The translations under genes were made by a program, and so were the position numbers. From an uncultured delta proteobacterium (lineage in GTDB: Bacteria; Desulfobacterota; Desulfobulbia; Desulfobulbales; JAGXFP01), in the NCBI GenBank assembly GCA_963807225.1, contig CAWEAD010000005.1:544456-608455 (forward strand): a DNA stretch of 64,000 nt, in the 5' to 3' direction. The notes under the pieces were generated by a model. The model saw only the letters and a program-made list of their open reading frames with translations. It searched no databases and was not told the origin of the DNA. Of this stretch, positions 18,403-27,491 are shown in pieces (the first letter of the stretch is position 1; each line of letters starts with the position of its first letter).

Positions 18403-19443
18403 ATGGCCGACCAGTACCTGCTCAAAAAAGACCACCTGAAGCCATTTATCCGGAAGCTGGCCAAGGATTATCGCATTGTCGCCCCCCTGCTCAACGAACA
18501 CGGGGACACCATGTTCAATCCGGTCGCGGATCTGGACCGGGAAGAGGTCGACCTGGACAACCAGCCTCAAAACTCGATCAAGCAGTTTTTCTTCCCGCAG
18601 ACCGAGGCGATCTATGAATACTCATGTGCGGAGCCGGGCCGCTATGAATTCCACGAGGCTAAGCTGGGGACCGATCCGACCATCTTTTTCGGGGTCAGGC
18701 CCTGCGACCTGTCGGCCCTGCTCTATCTGGACGTCATTTTCCTGCGGGACGCCAAGGACCCCTTTTACCTGCGGCGGCGGGAGGTCTCGATCCTGATCGG
18801 CCTGAACTGCAACCGGCCCTTCGAGAATTGCTTCTGCAACGCCACCAGAAACGGCCCGCACCAGGAGTTCGGTTTCGATCTGCAGCTCACCGACCTGGGC
18901 GACCGCTTCCTGGTAGAAGTCGGCCGTGCCCGGGGGGAGGAACTTGTCAACCGCTGGCACCAGTTCTTCGTCCCAGCCACAGCCAGCGACAGCCAGGCCC
19001 AATACCAGGCCCTGTTGGAGGCCCGCGGTTCCTTTCCCCGCCAGATCCATGTCGATCAGGCCATCAAACGTCTGCGGGAGGGCGAAGCCGATCCGCAGAT
19101 CTGGCAGTTTCTCTCGCAACGCTGTCAGGACTGCGGCGGCTGCGCCTACGTCTGCCCCACCTGCACCTGCTTCACCATCTCGGACCATCCCGCTTCGGCC
19201 ACAGCGGGGACCAGGCTCCGCTCCTGGGATGCCTGCACCTTCTCCGGCTTTACCCGGATGGCCGGCGGCCATAACCCGGTGCGGCGTGATTCTGCCGCCA
19301 TCCGGCAACGATTCCTGCACAAACTTCTCTACGATGTAGAAAAACATGGCCGTCCCAGTTGCGTGGGCTGCGGCCGCTGCGTCGGAATCTGCTTCGGCGG
19401 CACCGACATCGTCCGCTTCATCAACCTCGTCGGTCAGGAATAA
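18403..19443 (+). CDS. AsrA/HydB/FlxB-like 4Fe-4S dicluster protein
   Basis: GVRPCD, FCNAT, CQDCGGCAYVCPTCTCF, RSWDAC and CVGCGRCVGIC motifs. Starts 2 nt after the fdh stop. Confidence 0.85.
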   Translation: MADQYLLKKDHLKPFIRKLAKDYRIVAPLLNEHGDTMFNPVADLDREEVDLDNQPQNSIKQFFFPQTEAIYEYSCAEPGRYEFHEAKLGTDPTIFFGVRPCDLSALLYLDVIFLRDAKDPFYLRRREVSILIGLNCNRPFENCFCNATRNGPHQEFGFDLQLTDLGDRFLVEVGRARGEELVNRWHQFFVPATASDSQAQYQALLEARGSFPRQIHVDQAIKRLREGEADPQIWQFLSQRCQDCGGCAYVCPTCTCFTISDHPASATAGTRLRSWDACTFSGFTRMAGGHNPVRRDSAAIRQRFLHKLLYDVEKHGRPSCVGCGRCVGICFGGTDIVRFINLVGQE

Positions 19444-19447
19444 GACC

Positions 19448-20296
19448 ATGCCCTTGAGCCTCAACCATCCCTACCTGCCTAAACCGGCCAAGATCCTGGA
19501 TGTCGTCGAGGAGAACCCACAGATCAAGACCTTCGTCCTGGCCCTAGCCGAGCCGGAGGCCAACCAGGCCTTCACTTACGTTCCCGGTCAATTTCTGATG
19601 CTGTCGGTGCCCCACTGCGGCGAGGCACCGATCTCCATTGCCTCCTCCCCGGCCGAACCGGGAACCATCCATCTCGCCATCCGCCGGGCCGGCAAGCTGA
19701 CCGAAGCCATGCACCGGCTTAATCCCGGGGACATGGTCGGGGTGCGCGGACCTTACGGCCGGCCCTTTCCCATGGCTGAACTGGCCGGCCGGGAACTCAT
19801 ATTCGTGGCCGGCGGCATCGGACTAGCCCCCCTGCGCTCGGTGATCAAGACCTGCCTGGCCGACGACCGCTACCGGCCCAAAAAGATCACCCTGCTCTAC
19901 GGCAGCCGCTGCCCCGACGAAATCGCCTTCCTCCGGGATCTGGACGAGTGGCGGAACTGTGAGGGTTTCGTCGGCCATCTTACCGTAGATCGCTGCACGG
20001 AAGGTTGGGAAGGGGCGGTAGGGTTGGTCACCACCCTGCTCGACCGGGTCGAATGGGAACCGGATCGAAGCACCGCCCTGGTTTGCGGCCCATCCCTGAT
20101 GATCAGGGCGGTTCTGGCCGAGCTGAGCCACCGCGGGTTGCCCGAGGAGCGGATCATCACCACTTTGGAACGCCATATGAAATGCGGGGTCGGGGTCTGC
20201 CGCCACTGTCACTTGGATTCGAAACTGGTCTGCAAGGACGGACCGGTTTTCACCCTGGCCGAACTCAGGGAACTCTCGGTCATGGAGCTGACCTGA
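19448..20296 (+). CDS. AsrB/HydG/FlxA-like FAD/NAD(P)-binding oxidoreductase with [2Fe-2S]
   Basis: PGQFLML, EAPISIAS, VRGPYG, AGGIGLAPLRS, VCGP and ERHMKCGVGVCRHC..VCKDGPVF motifs. Confidence 0.88.
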   Translation: MPLSLNHPYLPKPAKILDVVEENPQIKTFVLALAEPEANQAFTYVPGQFLMLSVPHCGEAPISIASSPAEPGTIHLAIRRAGKLTEAMHRLNPGDMVGVRGPYGRPFPMAELAGRELIFVAGGIGLAPLRSVIKTCLADDRYRPKKITLLYGSRCPDEIAFLRDLDEWRNCEGFVGHLTVDRCTEGWEGAVGLVTTLLDRVEWEPDRSTALVCGPSLMIRAVLAELSHRGLPEERIITTLERHMKCGVGVCRHCHLDSKLVCKDGPVFTLAELRELSVMELT

Positions 20297-22261
20297 ATGG
20301 AAAAAGCATGGCCGGACACCCGCCGCGTCACTTTCCTGCCCTCCGGGCTAACCATTGATATCGAGGTCGGTGAAACCCTGCTCAAGGCGGCCCAGAATGC
20401 CGGACTCCACATCAATGCCTCCTGCGGCGGCAGCGGGGTTTGCGGCAAGTGCCGGGTACTCCTGAAGACAGGTACGTTGGCGGGCGGCCTCACCGAGAAA
20501 CTTGGCGAACCGGACCGGGCCGCCGGCTGGCGCCAGGCCTGCACCGCGGTGATCGAAAACGATGTCACTGTGGAGATCCCGGCCGGCTCCGGCAAGATCG
20601 GCGGCGGACTCTCCACCGGGGTGGCGGAACGACACCGCAGCCGGCTGCGCAAATACGATATTGAAGAGCTTCGTCAGTCCGGGCTTCTGCAGCCACCGGT
20701 GGAAAAGCTCTTCCTGGAGCTGCCCCGCCCCTCGCCGGTGGACAATATGGCCGACGCCAAACGGGTGATCCAGGGTCTCCATAACCAGTACGACGAAAAA
20801 GCCATGGTCGTCAGCCTGTCGGTACTCCGCAAATTGCGTCGGGTCTTACGGGAAGACGACTTCCGGGTCACCGTCACCCTGGCCCGACCGGTCCATGCCG
20901 ACAAGGGCAAGAACTTCCTGGTCAACATCCAGGCCGGCAACTGGACCAAGCGCAGCTTCGGCCTGGTCTTCGACATCGGCACCACCACCATTTACGGCCA
21001 GCTGGTCGATCTTAACACCGGTAAGATCCTCGGTGGCGAAGGCGATTACAACGGCCAGATCAGCTACGGTGAAGACGTGATCAACCGAATCATCTACGCC
21101 GAGACTCCGGAGGGGCTGACCACCATGGCCCGGGTGGCGGCCGAAACCATGAACCACCTCATCGGCAAACTGCTGAGCACCGCCGGCATCGACCGGGATG
21201 AGATCACCTCGGTCACCATCGCCGGTAACACCACCATGACCCATCTCTTTCTGGGCTTGGAACCGCACTCGATCCGCCGAGCCCCCTACGTGCCGGTTTC
21301 CACCTTCTTCCCGCCCATGCGGGCCAGCGACCTGGGCCTCAACCTGCCCCAACACTGCGTGGCCCTGATCTTTCCGGCCATCTCCAGTTATGTGGGCGGC
21401 GATATCGTCGCCGGGGTCATGGGCGCCGGTCTGTACCGAACCGAGGCCCTGACCCTGTTCATCGACATCGGCACCAATGCCGAGATTGTCATCGGCAATC
21501 GGGAGTGGCTGGTCTGCGCCGCCTGCTCGGCCGGCCCTGCCTTCGAGGGCGGCGGCATCGCCCATGGGATGCGGGCGGCCGACGGAGCGATTAAGGACTT
21601 CAGCCTCAACCCGGAAACCCTGGAACCGATGAACATCACCATCGGCAACCGCCCACCCTTGGGTATTTGCGGCTCGGGGCTGCTGGTTATCGTTGCCACC
21701 TTGCTCTCCCACGGCATTATCGACCGGCGCGGCAAGTTCACTCGGCGCCGAACCTCTCCCCGCCTGCGGGAAGGTAGGAACGGCTGGGAGTACGTCCTGG
21801 CCTGGCAGGCCGAAAATGGGGCCGACTGCGATATCGCCATCAACGAGGTCGATATCGACAATTTGATCCGGGCCAAGGCGGCCATCTATGCTGGGATCAA
21901 AACGCTGGTCGAGGAAGTGGGGCTGAACATCAGTGACTTGGAACAAATCATCCTGGCTGGGGCCTTCGGCAGTTTCATCGATCTCGATGCCGCCATGGCC
22001 ATCGGTTTGCTGCCGGAAGTAGCGCCAGAGACGATTACCTATGTGGGCAACGGCTCGCTGATGGGCGGCAGATTGAGCGAATTGAGCAACCACATCCGCC
22101 GAGACGTGGTAGAGGTAGTCGGCCGGATGACCAGTTTTGAACTCTCCGAGGTGACCGGCTTCAAAGACCAGTACATCGCCTCGCTTTTCCTGCCCCACAC
22201 CGAACTGGAACTGTTCCCGGCCACGGCGGAAAGGCTGGGACTGAAAAAGATCGAAGCCTGA
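20297..22261 (+). CDS. ASKHA-domain reductive activator of corrinoid proteins (RACo-like; N-terminal 2Fe-2S ferredoxin)
   Basis: ASCGGSGVCGKC...RQAC; FDIGTTT; NGQISYGEDVINRI; FIDIGTNAE; ACSAGPAFEG; GICGSG; LAGAFG. ATG abuts the previous stop. Confidence 0.88.
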   Translation: MEKAWPDTRRVTFLPSGLTIDIEVGETLLKAAQNAGLHINASCGGSGVCGKCRVLLKTGTLAGGLTEKLGEPDRAAGWRQACTAVIENDVTVEIPAGSGKIGGGLSTGVAERHRSRLRKYDIEELRQSGLLQPPVEKLFLELPRPSPVDNMADAKRVIQGLHNQYDEKAMVVSLSVLRKLRRVLREDDFRVTVTLARPVHADKGKNFLVNIQAGNWTKRSFGLVFDIGTTTIYGQLVDLNTGKILGGEGDYNGQISYGEDVINRIIYAETPEGLTTMARVAAETMNHLIGKLLSTAGIDRDEITSVTIAGNTTMTHLFLGLEPHSIRRAPYVPVSTFFPPMRASDLGLNLPQHCVALIFPAISSYVGGDIVAGVMGAGLYRTEALTLFIDIGTNAEIVIGNREWLVCAACSAGPAFEGGGIAHGMRAADGAIKDFSLNPETLEPMNITIGNRPPLGICGSGLLVIVATLLSHGIIDRRGKFTRRRTSPRLREGRNGWEYVLAWQAENGADCDIAINEVDIDNLIRAKAAIYAGIKTLVEEVGLNISDLEQIILAGAFGSFIDLDAAMAIGLLPEVAPETITYVGNGSLMGGRLSELSNHIRRDVVEVVGRMTSFELSEVTGFKDQYIASLFLPHTELELFPATAERLGLKKIEA

Positions 22262-22459
22262 TTCTCCAGGACATTTCCAGCCTGATTCCTGTCACCTTGA
22301 CCCGACCGGTAAGGCATATCTAATATTCCCCGCTTTATCCAACCCAATGAACAATATTGTCCAATCCTGGCTAGACCCCCAAAAGGATCTGCTCAACCGC
22401 AGACCCCCAACTACTCGTAATAATTACATAAAAGAAATTCAACGATTCACTAAACTTCT

Positions 22460-22475
22460 TGGCATGCTTATTGAT
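22460..22475 (+). promoter_or_regulatory. Candidate sigma54 promoter
   Basis: TGGCATG-CTTA-TTGAT matches the -24/-12 spacing, with GA instead of GC at -12. Lies about 80 nt upstream of a ZraP-like gene. Confidence 0.5.
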
Positions 22476-22556
22476 ATACTCAACTAGCAAAAGAATTTGA
22501 GGAAAACTGCAAGGTATTAACAGTCAAAAATCAACCAATTGTATCAGGAGGCTAAC

Positions 22557-23042
22557 ATGAAGAAATTATTGATCGTTACCGCACTAGTTGGCAGTTTGGG
22601 GCTGGTAGGCTATCAAGTTGCGTCGGCCCAGACGGATAGCCCTGGCGGTGGTTACGGCCCGGGTTACGGTTATTGCGGCAATTATGGCTACGGTGGTCAG
22701 GGTTACAGTGGCCAAGGCTACAGTGACGAAGACAATGCCAACATCGGCAAATTTCGTGATGAAACAGTCGATCTCCGCAAGGATCTGGCGGTCAAGCGCG
22801 CTGAATTAAGAGCCCTGGATCGACAGGACAACCCAGATGCCAAAAGGATAGCCGAGTTGACCGGAGAAATTTTCGATCTGCAAACCAAACTCGACAAGAT
22901 CGCCGAGAAATACAAGTTGAACAAGATCGGCCCCCGTTCCGGTTACGGCCCTGGCATGGGTTATGGACCAGGCATGGGCTACGGCCCCGGCATGATGGGA
23001 TACGGCGGCAGGGGTTATGGCCGCCACATGATGGACTGGTAA
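22557..23042 (+). CDS. Periplasmic ZraP/Spy/CpxP-family protein with Gly/Tyr/Met-rich termini
   Basis: RBS GGAGG; signal peptide ending VASA; core FRDETVDLRKDLAVKRAELRAL...IAELTGEIFDL. Confidence 0.75.
   Translation: MKKLLIVTALVGSLGLVGYQVASAQTDSPGGGYGPGYGYCGNYGYGGQGYSGQGYSDEDNANIGKFRDETVDLRKDLAVKRAELRALDRQDNPDAKRIAELTGEIFDLQTKLDKIAEKYKLNKIGPRSGYGPGMGYGPGMGYGPGMMGYGGRGYGRHMMDW
22941..22994 (+). repeat. Three 18-nt tandem repeats encoding GYGPGM
   Basis: ggttacggccctggcatg / ggttatggaccaggcatg / ggctacggccccggcatg. Confidence 0.9.
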
Positions 23043-23084
23043 CAGTCCAACTCTTTCTTCCTCCCTCTCCCTCTCACCTGAACG

Positions 23085-23111
23085 GGCCCCGTCGACACAT
23101 TCGGCGGGGCC
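23085..23111 (+). terminator. Hairpin after the ZraP-like gene
   Basis: ggccccgtcga-cacat-tcggcggggcc with only a weak U-tract. Confidence 0.45.
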
Positions 23112-23184
23112 TGGCTGTTTCATCGAACCGTTGCGGGAAGAAAGGGAAGGCTATCGGCGATTATGATTCCCATGGAGGTAATTT

Positions 23185-23433
23185 ATGATGAACTGGATGT
23201 TCGGCAATTATGGCATGGGTTACGGTAATGGTATGGGCATCTTCATGATCTTCTTCTGGTTCCTGATCATTCTGGGAATCTTCCTGTTGATCAAGGCCCT
23301 GTTGGGTTCAGGGAATAAGGAAACAAAAGCGGAACAGAAAGAGGACTCCGCCGAGGAAATCCTCAAAAAACGATATGCACGGGGTGAGATCAGCGAGGAA
23401 GATTTCCGGAAGATGAGGGAAAACCTGCGTTAA
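23185..23433 (+). CDS. Small membrane protein with C-terminal SHOCT domain
   Basis: RBS GGAGG, one TM segment, and AEEILKKRYARGEISEEDF. Confidence 0.85.
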   Translation: MMNWMFGNYGMGYGNGMGIFMIFFWFLIILGIFLLIKALLGSGNKETKAEQKEDSAEEILKKRYARGEISEEDFRKMRENLR

Positions 23434-23480
23434 GAGACCGGGTAGATCCTGGTTTCCCCTAAGGGCCGGAGCCAGAGCGA

Positions 23481-23912
23481 TTACTCCGGCAGGCCGGCCG
23501 AACCCTCCATTGAGACGGCCATGGCCCTAACCGGACAGACCGCGACGCAGAGTCCGCAGCCGGTACATTTATCCAGGTCGAAAATCACTCCCATGTCGGG
23601 GCGATGGATGGAAAGCGCCCCGGTGGGGCAGATTCCGGTGCAGGCCCCGCACTGGAAGCACTTGTCATCGTCGCGGCGAATACCGGCCGCCACCCGTTCC
23701 ACCTGCACTCCGAAGTCCTTGAGGTACTGAATGCCCTGGTCGACCTTGGTCTTGTGACCCATCAACTCCAGGACCATCACCCCTTCCTGTTGCAGATTGA
23801 TATCGGCTCTGAGAATATTGAACTCGATCCCGTATTTCTTGACCAGCGTGCAGATGATCGGCTGATCGATGGTTTCCTTGGGGAACTTCAGGACATAAAT
23901 CCGGTTTGACAT
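23481..23912 (-). CDS. NIL-domain / 2x[4Fe-4S] ferredoxin protein
   Basis: QPIICTLVKKYGIEFNILRA (NIL domain); CFQCGACTGICP and CTGCGLCVAVCP. Confidence 0.88.
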   Translation of the reverse strand: MSNRIYVLKFPKETIDQPIICTLVKKYGIEFNILRADINLQQEGVMVLELMGHKTKVDQGIQYLKDFGVQVERVAAGIRRDDDKCFQCGACTGICPTGALSIHRPDMGVIFDLDKCTGCGLCVAVCPVRAMAVSMEGSAGLPE

Positions 23913-24078
23913 GGCGCTTTACCTCGAAAATCTTAAGCGCTCACAGGATCCAAAACAGCTTTGTCAGAAACCCGCCCGCATACCGCAGTACAGCTCGCGG
24001 GTCCCTGTCGCGCATCTGGAGCACCCTGCAATCGCTTACAGTTTAGGGGATAGAGATACGTTGGAAACTCCCCCGTGT

Positions 24079-24642
24079 TTACTTAAAGAAAATCTTATCT
24101 AGTTCAGCCATCAACACCTCGACCGGACGATCGGTGGAGATGGTCAGGAGCTGGGATTCGTCAAGTTCCGTGGGCTCCTCGAAACGGAGCTTCTGGACCT
24201 GCAGGATCTCCAAGCGCCCGTCCGAGACGGCCTGCGGGTCGGCGTCACGCAGGCGCAACCTTCTTTTTACCTCTTCCTCGGGACAAATGCACTGGACAAA
24301 ATGTAACGGAGTATTCAGCTTCTCAGCCCAGCTCCTGACCCGGTCCCGTTCACCCCGGTTCTGGTAGGAGGCATCAAGCAGCACCGACCGGCCGTTCCGC
24401 AGTTCGTCAGCAGCCCTGCGCAAGAGTTCATCATAGGTCAGCCGGCTGAACTCCGGGGTGTAAATGCCCTGGTCGGCTCCAGCCCCCCGGCCGTTGGCGG
24501 CCGCGGCCCCGGCCAGTTCCTTGCGGACCCGGTCGGAGTTGAGATGGACGAAGTTATGGAGTGCCGCCCAGGCCTCGGCCAGGTAGCTCTTGCCGCTGGC
24601 GATCAGGCCGAAGAAGACCCAGACATCAGGTTGCCTGGGCAT
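24079..24642 (-). CDS. P-loop kinase (AAA_33-like)
   Basis: GLIASGKS, LNSDRVRKEL, VLLDASY, RDADPQAVSDG. ATG 24642 has GGAG upstream and overlaps the previous gene by 17 nt. Confidence 0.75.
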   Translation of the reverse strand: MPRQPDVWVFFGLIASGKSYLAEAWAALHNFVHLNSDRVRKELAGAAAANGRGAGADQGIYTPEFSRLTYDELLRRAADELRNGRSVLLDASYQNRGERDRVRSWAEKLNTPLHFVQCICPEEEVKRRLRLRDADPQAVSDGRLEILQVQKLRFEEPTELDESQLLTISTDRPVEVLMAELDKIFFK

Positions 24643-25642
24643 AGCGCTCCGCCAACTGGAAATAGCGGGCGGCCTGGGCCATGCTGGCCGCCTTGGTTGC
24701 TTCGTCGACTTCCGGGGCATGGGCGGTGAAAAGGCCGATTTTGCCGCGCACGTATGCCCGATAACATTTATAGAAATCAAGCATCAGAGGTAATTCCCGA
24801 TCACCCGAGCGGTCGACAAAACCGCTAATAAAGTGGTGCGACAGTTCGGGCAGATCGTGATAGTCCAGATCCATGGCCAGGAAGGCCACATCACTGGCCA
24901 CGTCGCAATAGCGAAAACGCTCGTTGAACTCGATGCAGTCGAAAATCTGGATCGGTTCACCCAGGCAGATATTGGCCGAATAGAGATCGCCGTGGCAGTC
25001 GCGAATCCGGTCCGCACCGATGCGGGAGTCGAACAGCTCGCTCAACTCCAGAAACCCTCGGGCATAATCAGAGATGGTCTTGAACTGCCGGGCACTCAAG
25101 GCCGGGCAACCGACAAAACCTTCAGTCTGCTGGAAGTTCTCCAGGACGTTGACCGCCACTGCCTCGGAGGTACCGAATTTACCCAGTTCCACTCCTCCGG
25201 CCGCTTTCTCGTAAAAGGGCACCAGGATCTCGATAATGTGGTCGACCATTTCACTGTTCAGTTGGCCGGCCGCGATAACCTTGCCCATCATACGCTCTTC
25301 GTCCAGCCGGCCCATCTTGACCGCATAATCCACCGCTTCTCCATCACCATCGATGGCAAATTTTCCGTCCTCGCCAGTGATGGTCACCACCCCCAAATAG
25401 AGATCGGGACACAGGCGCCGGTTCAATTCCACTTCCCGGCCGCAGAAGTAGCGCCGCTTTTCAAGTGTGGTGAAATCGAGAAAGCCGAAGTTGACCGGCT
25501 TCTTGATCTTGTAGACAAAATCGCCGGCCAGGAGGACAAAGGAAATGTGGGTCTGGACCAACCGTACCTCGGCGGCCGCATGGGGGTAGAGCTCGGGACG
25601 CAGCAGGGCGCGAATGAAATCGGGCAGGTTCTCTGAGGTCAT
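24626..25642 (-). CDS. Aminoglycoside-phosphotransferase-like kinase domain protein
   Basis: QTHISFVLL..YKIKKPVNFGFLDF, RDCHGDL, FDCIEFNERFRYCDVASDVAFLAMDL. Confidence 0.85.
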   Translation of the reverse strand: MTSENLPDFIRALLRPELYPHAAAEVRLVQTHISFVLLAGDFVYKIKKPVNFGFLDFTTLEKRRYFCGREVELNRRLCPDLYLGVVTITGEDGKFAIDGDGEAVDYAVKMGRLDEERMMGKVIAAGQLNSEMVDHIIEILVPFYEKAAGGVELGKFGTSEAVAVNVLENFQQTEGFVGCPALSARQFKTISDYARGFLELSELFDSRIGADRIRDCHGDLYSANICLGEPIQIFDCIEFNERFRYCDVASDVAFLAMDLDYHDLPELSHHFISGFVDRSGDRELPLMLDFYKCYRAYVRGKIGLFTAHAPEVDEATKAASMAQAARYFQLAERYAQAT

Positions 25643-25646
25643 GGAA

Positions 25647-26327
25647 TCAACTCCGGCTATTGGCATTACTGATGACCCGGCGCATGAAGGCTACCACCTC
25701 TTCGATCCCCATCCGGGACGAATCGACGAGCACGGCGTCATCTGCCGGTTTCAGGGGGGCCAGGGCCCGACTGCTGTCGGCCCGGTCCCTCTCTATAATC
25801 TGGGCCAGGATCTCACGCGCGTCCACCTGCTGGCCCTGGGCTCGCAACTGCGCCACCCGCCGCCGAACCCGCTCTTCCGGGCTGGCATCCAGGAAGAATT
25901 TGTGGACGGCGGCGGGAAAGACCACGGTGCCCATGTCACGGCCCTCGGCCACCACTTCGCCCCGGTTGCCGATCTGTCGCTGCAGTTCGGTGAGGCGTTT
26001 TCGGACCATGGGTAAAGCAGAGACCCGGGAGGCCAGCATAGCCATCTCCGGGGTGCGAATGGCGGAGGAGATATCCTCGCCGTTCAACACCACTCCAGTC
26101 TCACCGTTGACGGCCACCAGATTAAGATCAAACCCGGCCAGCAACCCGGCCAGTTCAGGGCTTTCTTCCGGCGGCAGCCCGGCCCGCTGCACGACCAAAC
26201 CCACGGCCCGATACATGGCCCCGGTATCCAGGTAGGCATAGCTCAGCACCCGGGCCAGTTCCCGGCTGATGGTACTTTTCCCGGCCCCGCTCGGACCGTC
26301 GATGGTGATTATGGACTCGCCGGACAT
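25647..26327 (-). CDS. cmk: Cytidylate kinase
   Basis: ITIDGPSGAGKST, YLDTGAMYRAV, VAEGRDMGTVVFP. Confidence 0.96.
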   Translation of the reverse strand: MSGESIITIDGPSGAGKSTISRELARVLSYAYLDTGAMYRAVGLVVQRAGLPPEESPELAGLLAGFDLNLVAVNGETGVVLNGEDISSAIRTPEMAMLASRVSALPMVRKRLTELQRQIGNRGEVVAEGRDMGTVVFPAAVHKFFLDASPEERVRRRVAQLRAQGQQVDAREILAQIIERDRADSSRALAPLKPADDAVLVDSSRMGIEEVVAFMRRVISNANSRS

Positions 26328-27481
26328 CAGGCCGCTTCCGGCGCCGCCAGGATCTGCGCCATGGTCTTGACCAGCCGCCGATTTTCCTCGGTGGTCCCCA
26401 CGGTAATGCGGATATAGCCGGGATAGCCATAGGCATTCATCGGTCTGATGATGACGCCCCGTCTGAGCATCTCTTCGTAAAATTTTCGGCCGTCACGTCG
26501 CACGTCGACCAGAAAGAAGTTGGTATGGGTATCAAAGACCCGGCAGCCCAGGGTACTGATCTCCCGGGCCAGCCAGGCGATGGACTCACCGGTGTGGTCC
26601 AGGGTCAACCGGTAATGCTCGTCATCGTCAAGAGCCGCCAGGGCGCCGACCTGAGCCGGCAGGTTGACGTTGAAGGGCTGGCGTACTCGATTTAGGTAAC
26701 CGGCCAGTTCCCGATTCATTAATCCATAGCCGATCCGCAGCCCGGCCAGACCGTAAGCTTTGGAGAAAGTCCGTAAACCCACCACCGGTGTTCGGTTCTC
26801 CAGATAGCGGCGGACATCGATCCGTCCAGAATGGTTGACAAAATCGACATAAGCCTCATCCAGGACCACGATGACCTGCTCCGGCACCCGAGCCAGGAAA
26901 GATTCGAATTCCTCCCGGCCGAAAATGGTGCCGGTGGGATTGTTGGGGTTGTCAAGAAAGATCAGCCGGGTCCGCTCGTTGACCTGGGCCAGGATCCCCT
27001 CCAGATCGTGCACCAGCCCCAGCGCCTCGCCACCGCCGTTACTGGTTAGCGCCGCCTCCGGGGCGATTTCTTTCAGGGGCACCACCCGGTTGACCCCGCC
27101 CCGGGCCTGGACCATGGTCTGGTAGACCAGGAAGGTGGGCTGGCTGGTAACCACTTCGTCTCCCGGTTCCAGGAAGGCGGCGATCAGCAGTTCGATCACC
27201 TCGTTGGAACCGTTGCCGAAGACCAGCTCTTCGGGCGCCACCCCCAGCATCTCGGCAAGACGGTGGCTCAGATAATAGTTGCTGCCGTCCGGGTAGCGAT
27301 GCAACTTGGTCAGGGCGGCGCCGATCGCCGCCATCGCCTTGGGCGAGGGACCGAGGGCATTCTCGTTGGAAGCCAGCTTGATCGATCCGGTGATGCCGTA
27401 CTCCCGTTCCAGTTCCTCGATGGGCTTGCCGGGAGGATAGGGCACCAGATTGCGGATATTTTCGGAGACCTTGAGTTTCAT
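26327..27481 (-). CDS. hisC: Histidinol-phosphate aminotransferase
   Basis: IKLASNEN, GNGSNE, DNPNNPTG, DEAY, RTFSKAYGLAGLRIGY. Confidence 0.95.
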   Translation of the reverse strand: MKLKVSENIRNLVPYPPGKPIEELEREYGITGSIKLASNENALGPSPKAMAAIGAALTKLHRYPDGSNYYLSHRLAEMLGVAPEELVFGNGSNEVIELLIAAFLEPGDEVVTSQPTFLVYQTMVQARGGVNRVVPLKEIAPEAALTSNGGGEALGLVHDLEGILAQVNERTRLIFLDNPNNPTGTIFGREEFESFLARVPEQVIVVLDEAYVDFVNHSGRIDVRRYLENRTPVVGLRTFSKAYGLAGLRIGYGLMNRELAGYLNRVRQPFNVNLPAQVGALAALDDDEHYRLTLDHTGESIAWLAREISTLGCRVFDTHTNFFLVDVRRDGRKFYEEMLRRGVIIRPMNAYGYPGYIRITVGTTEENRRLVKTMAQILAAPEAA

Positions 27482-27491
27482 GACCAGTTTT

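Noticed and set aside
22941-22994. CRISPR-like or mobile repeat
   Set aside because: These are spacer-less 18-nt coding repeats with synonymous variation.
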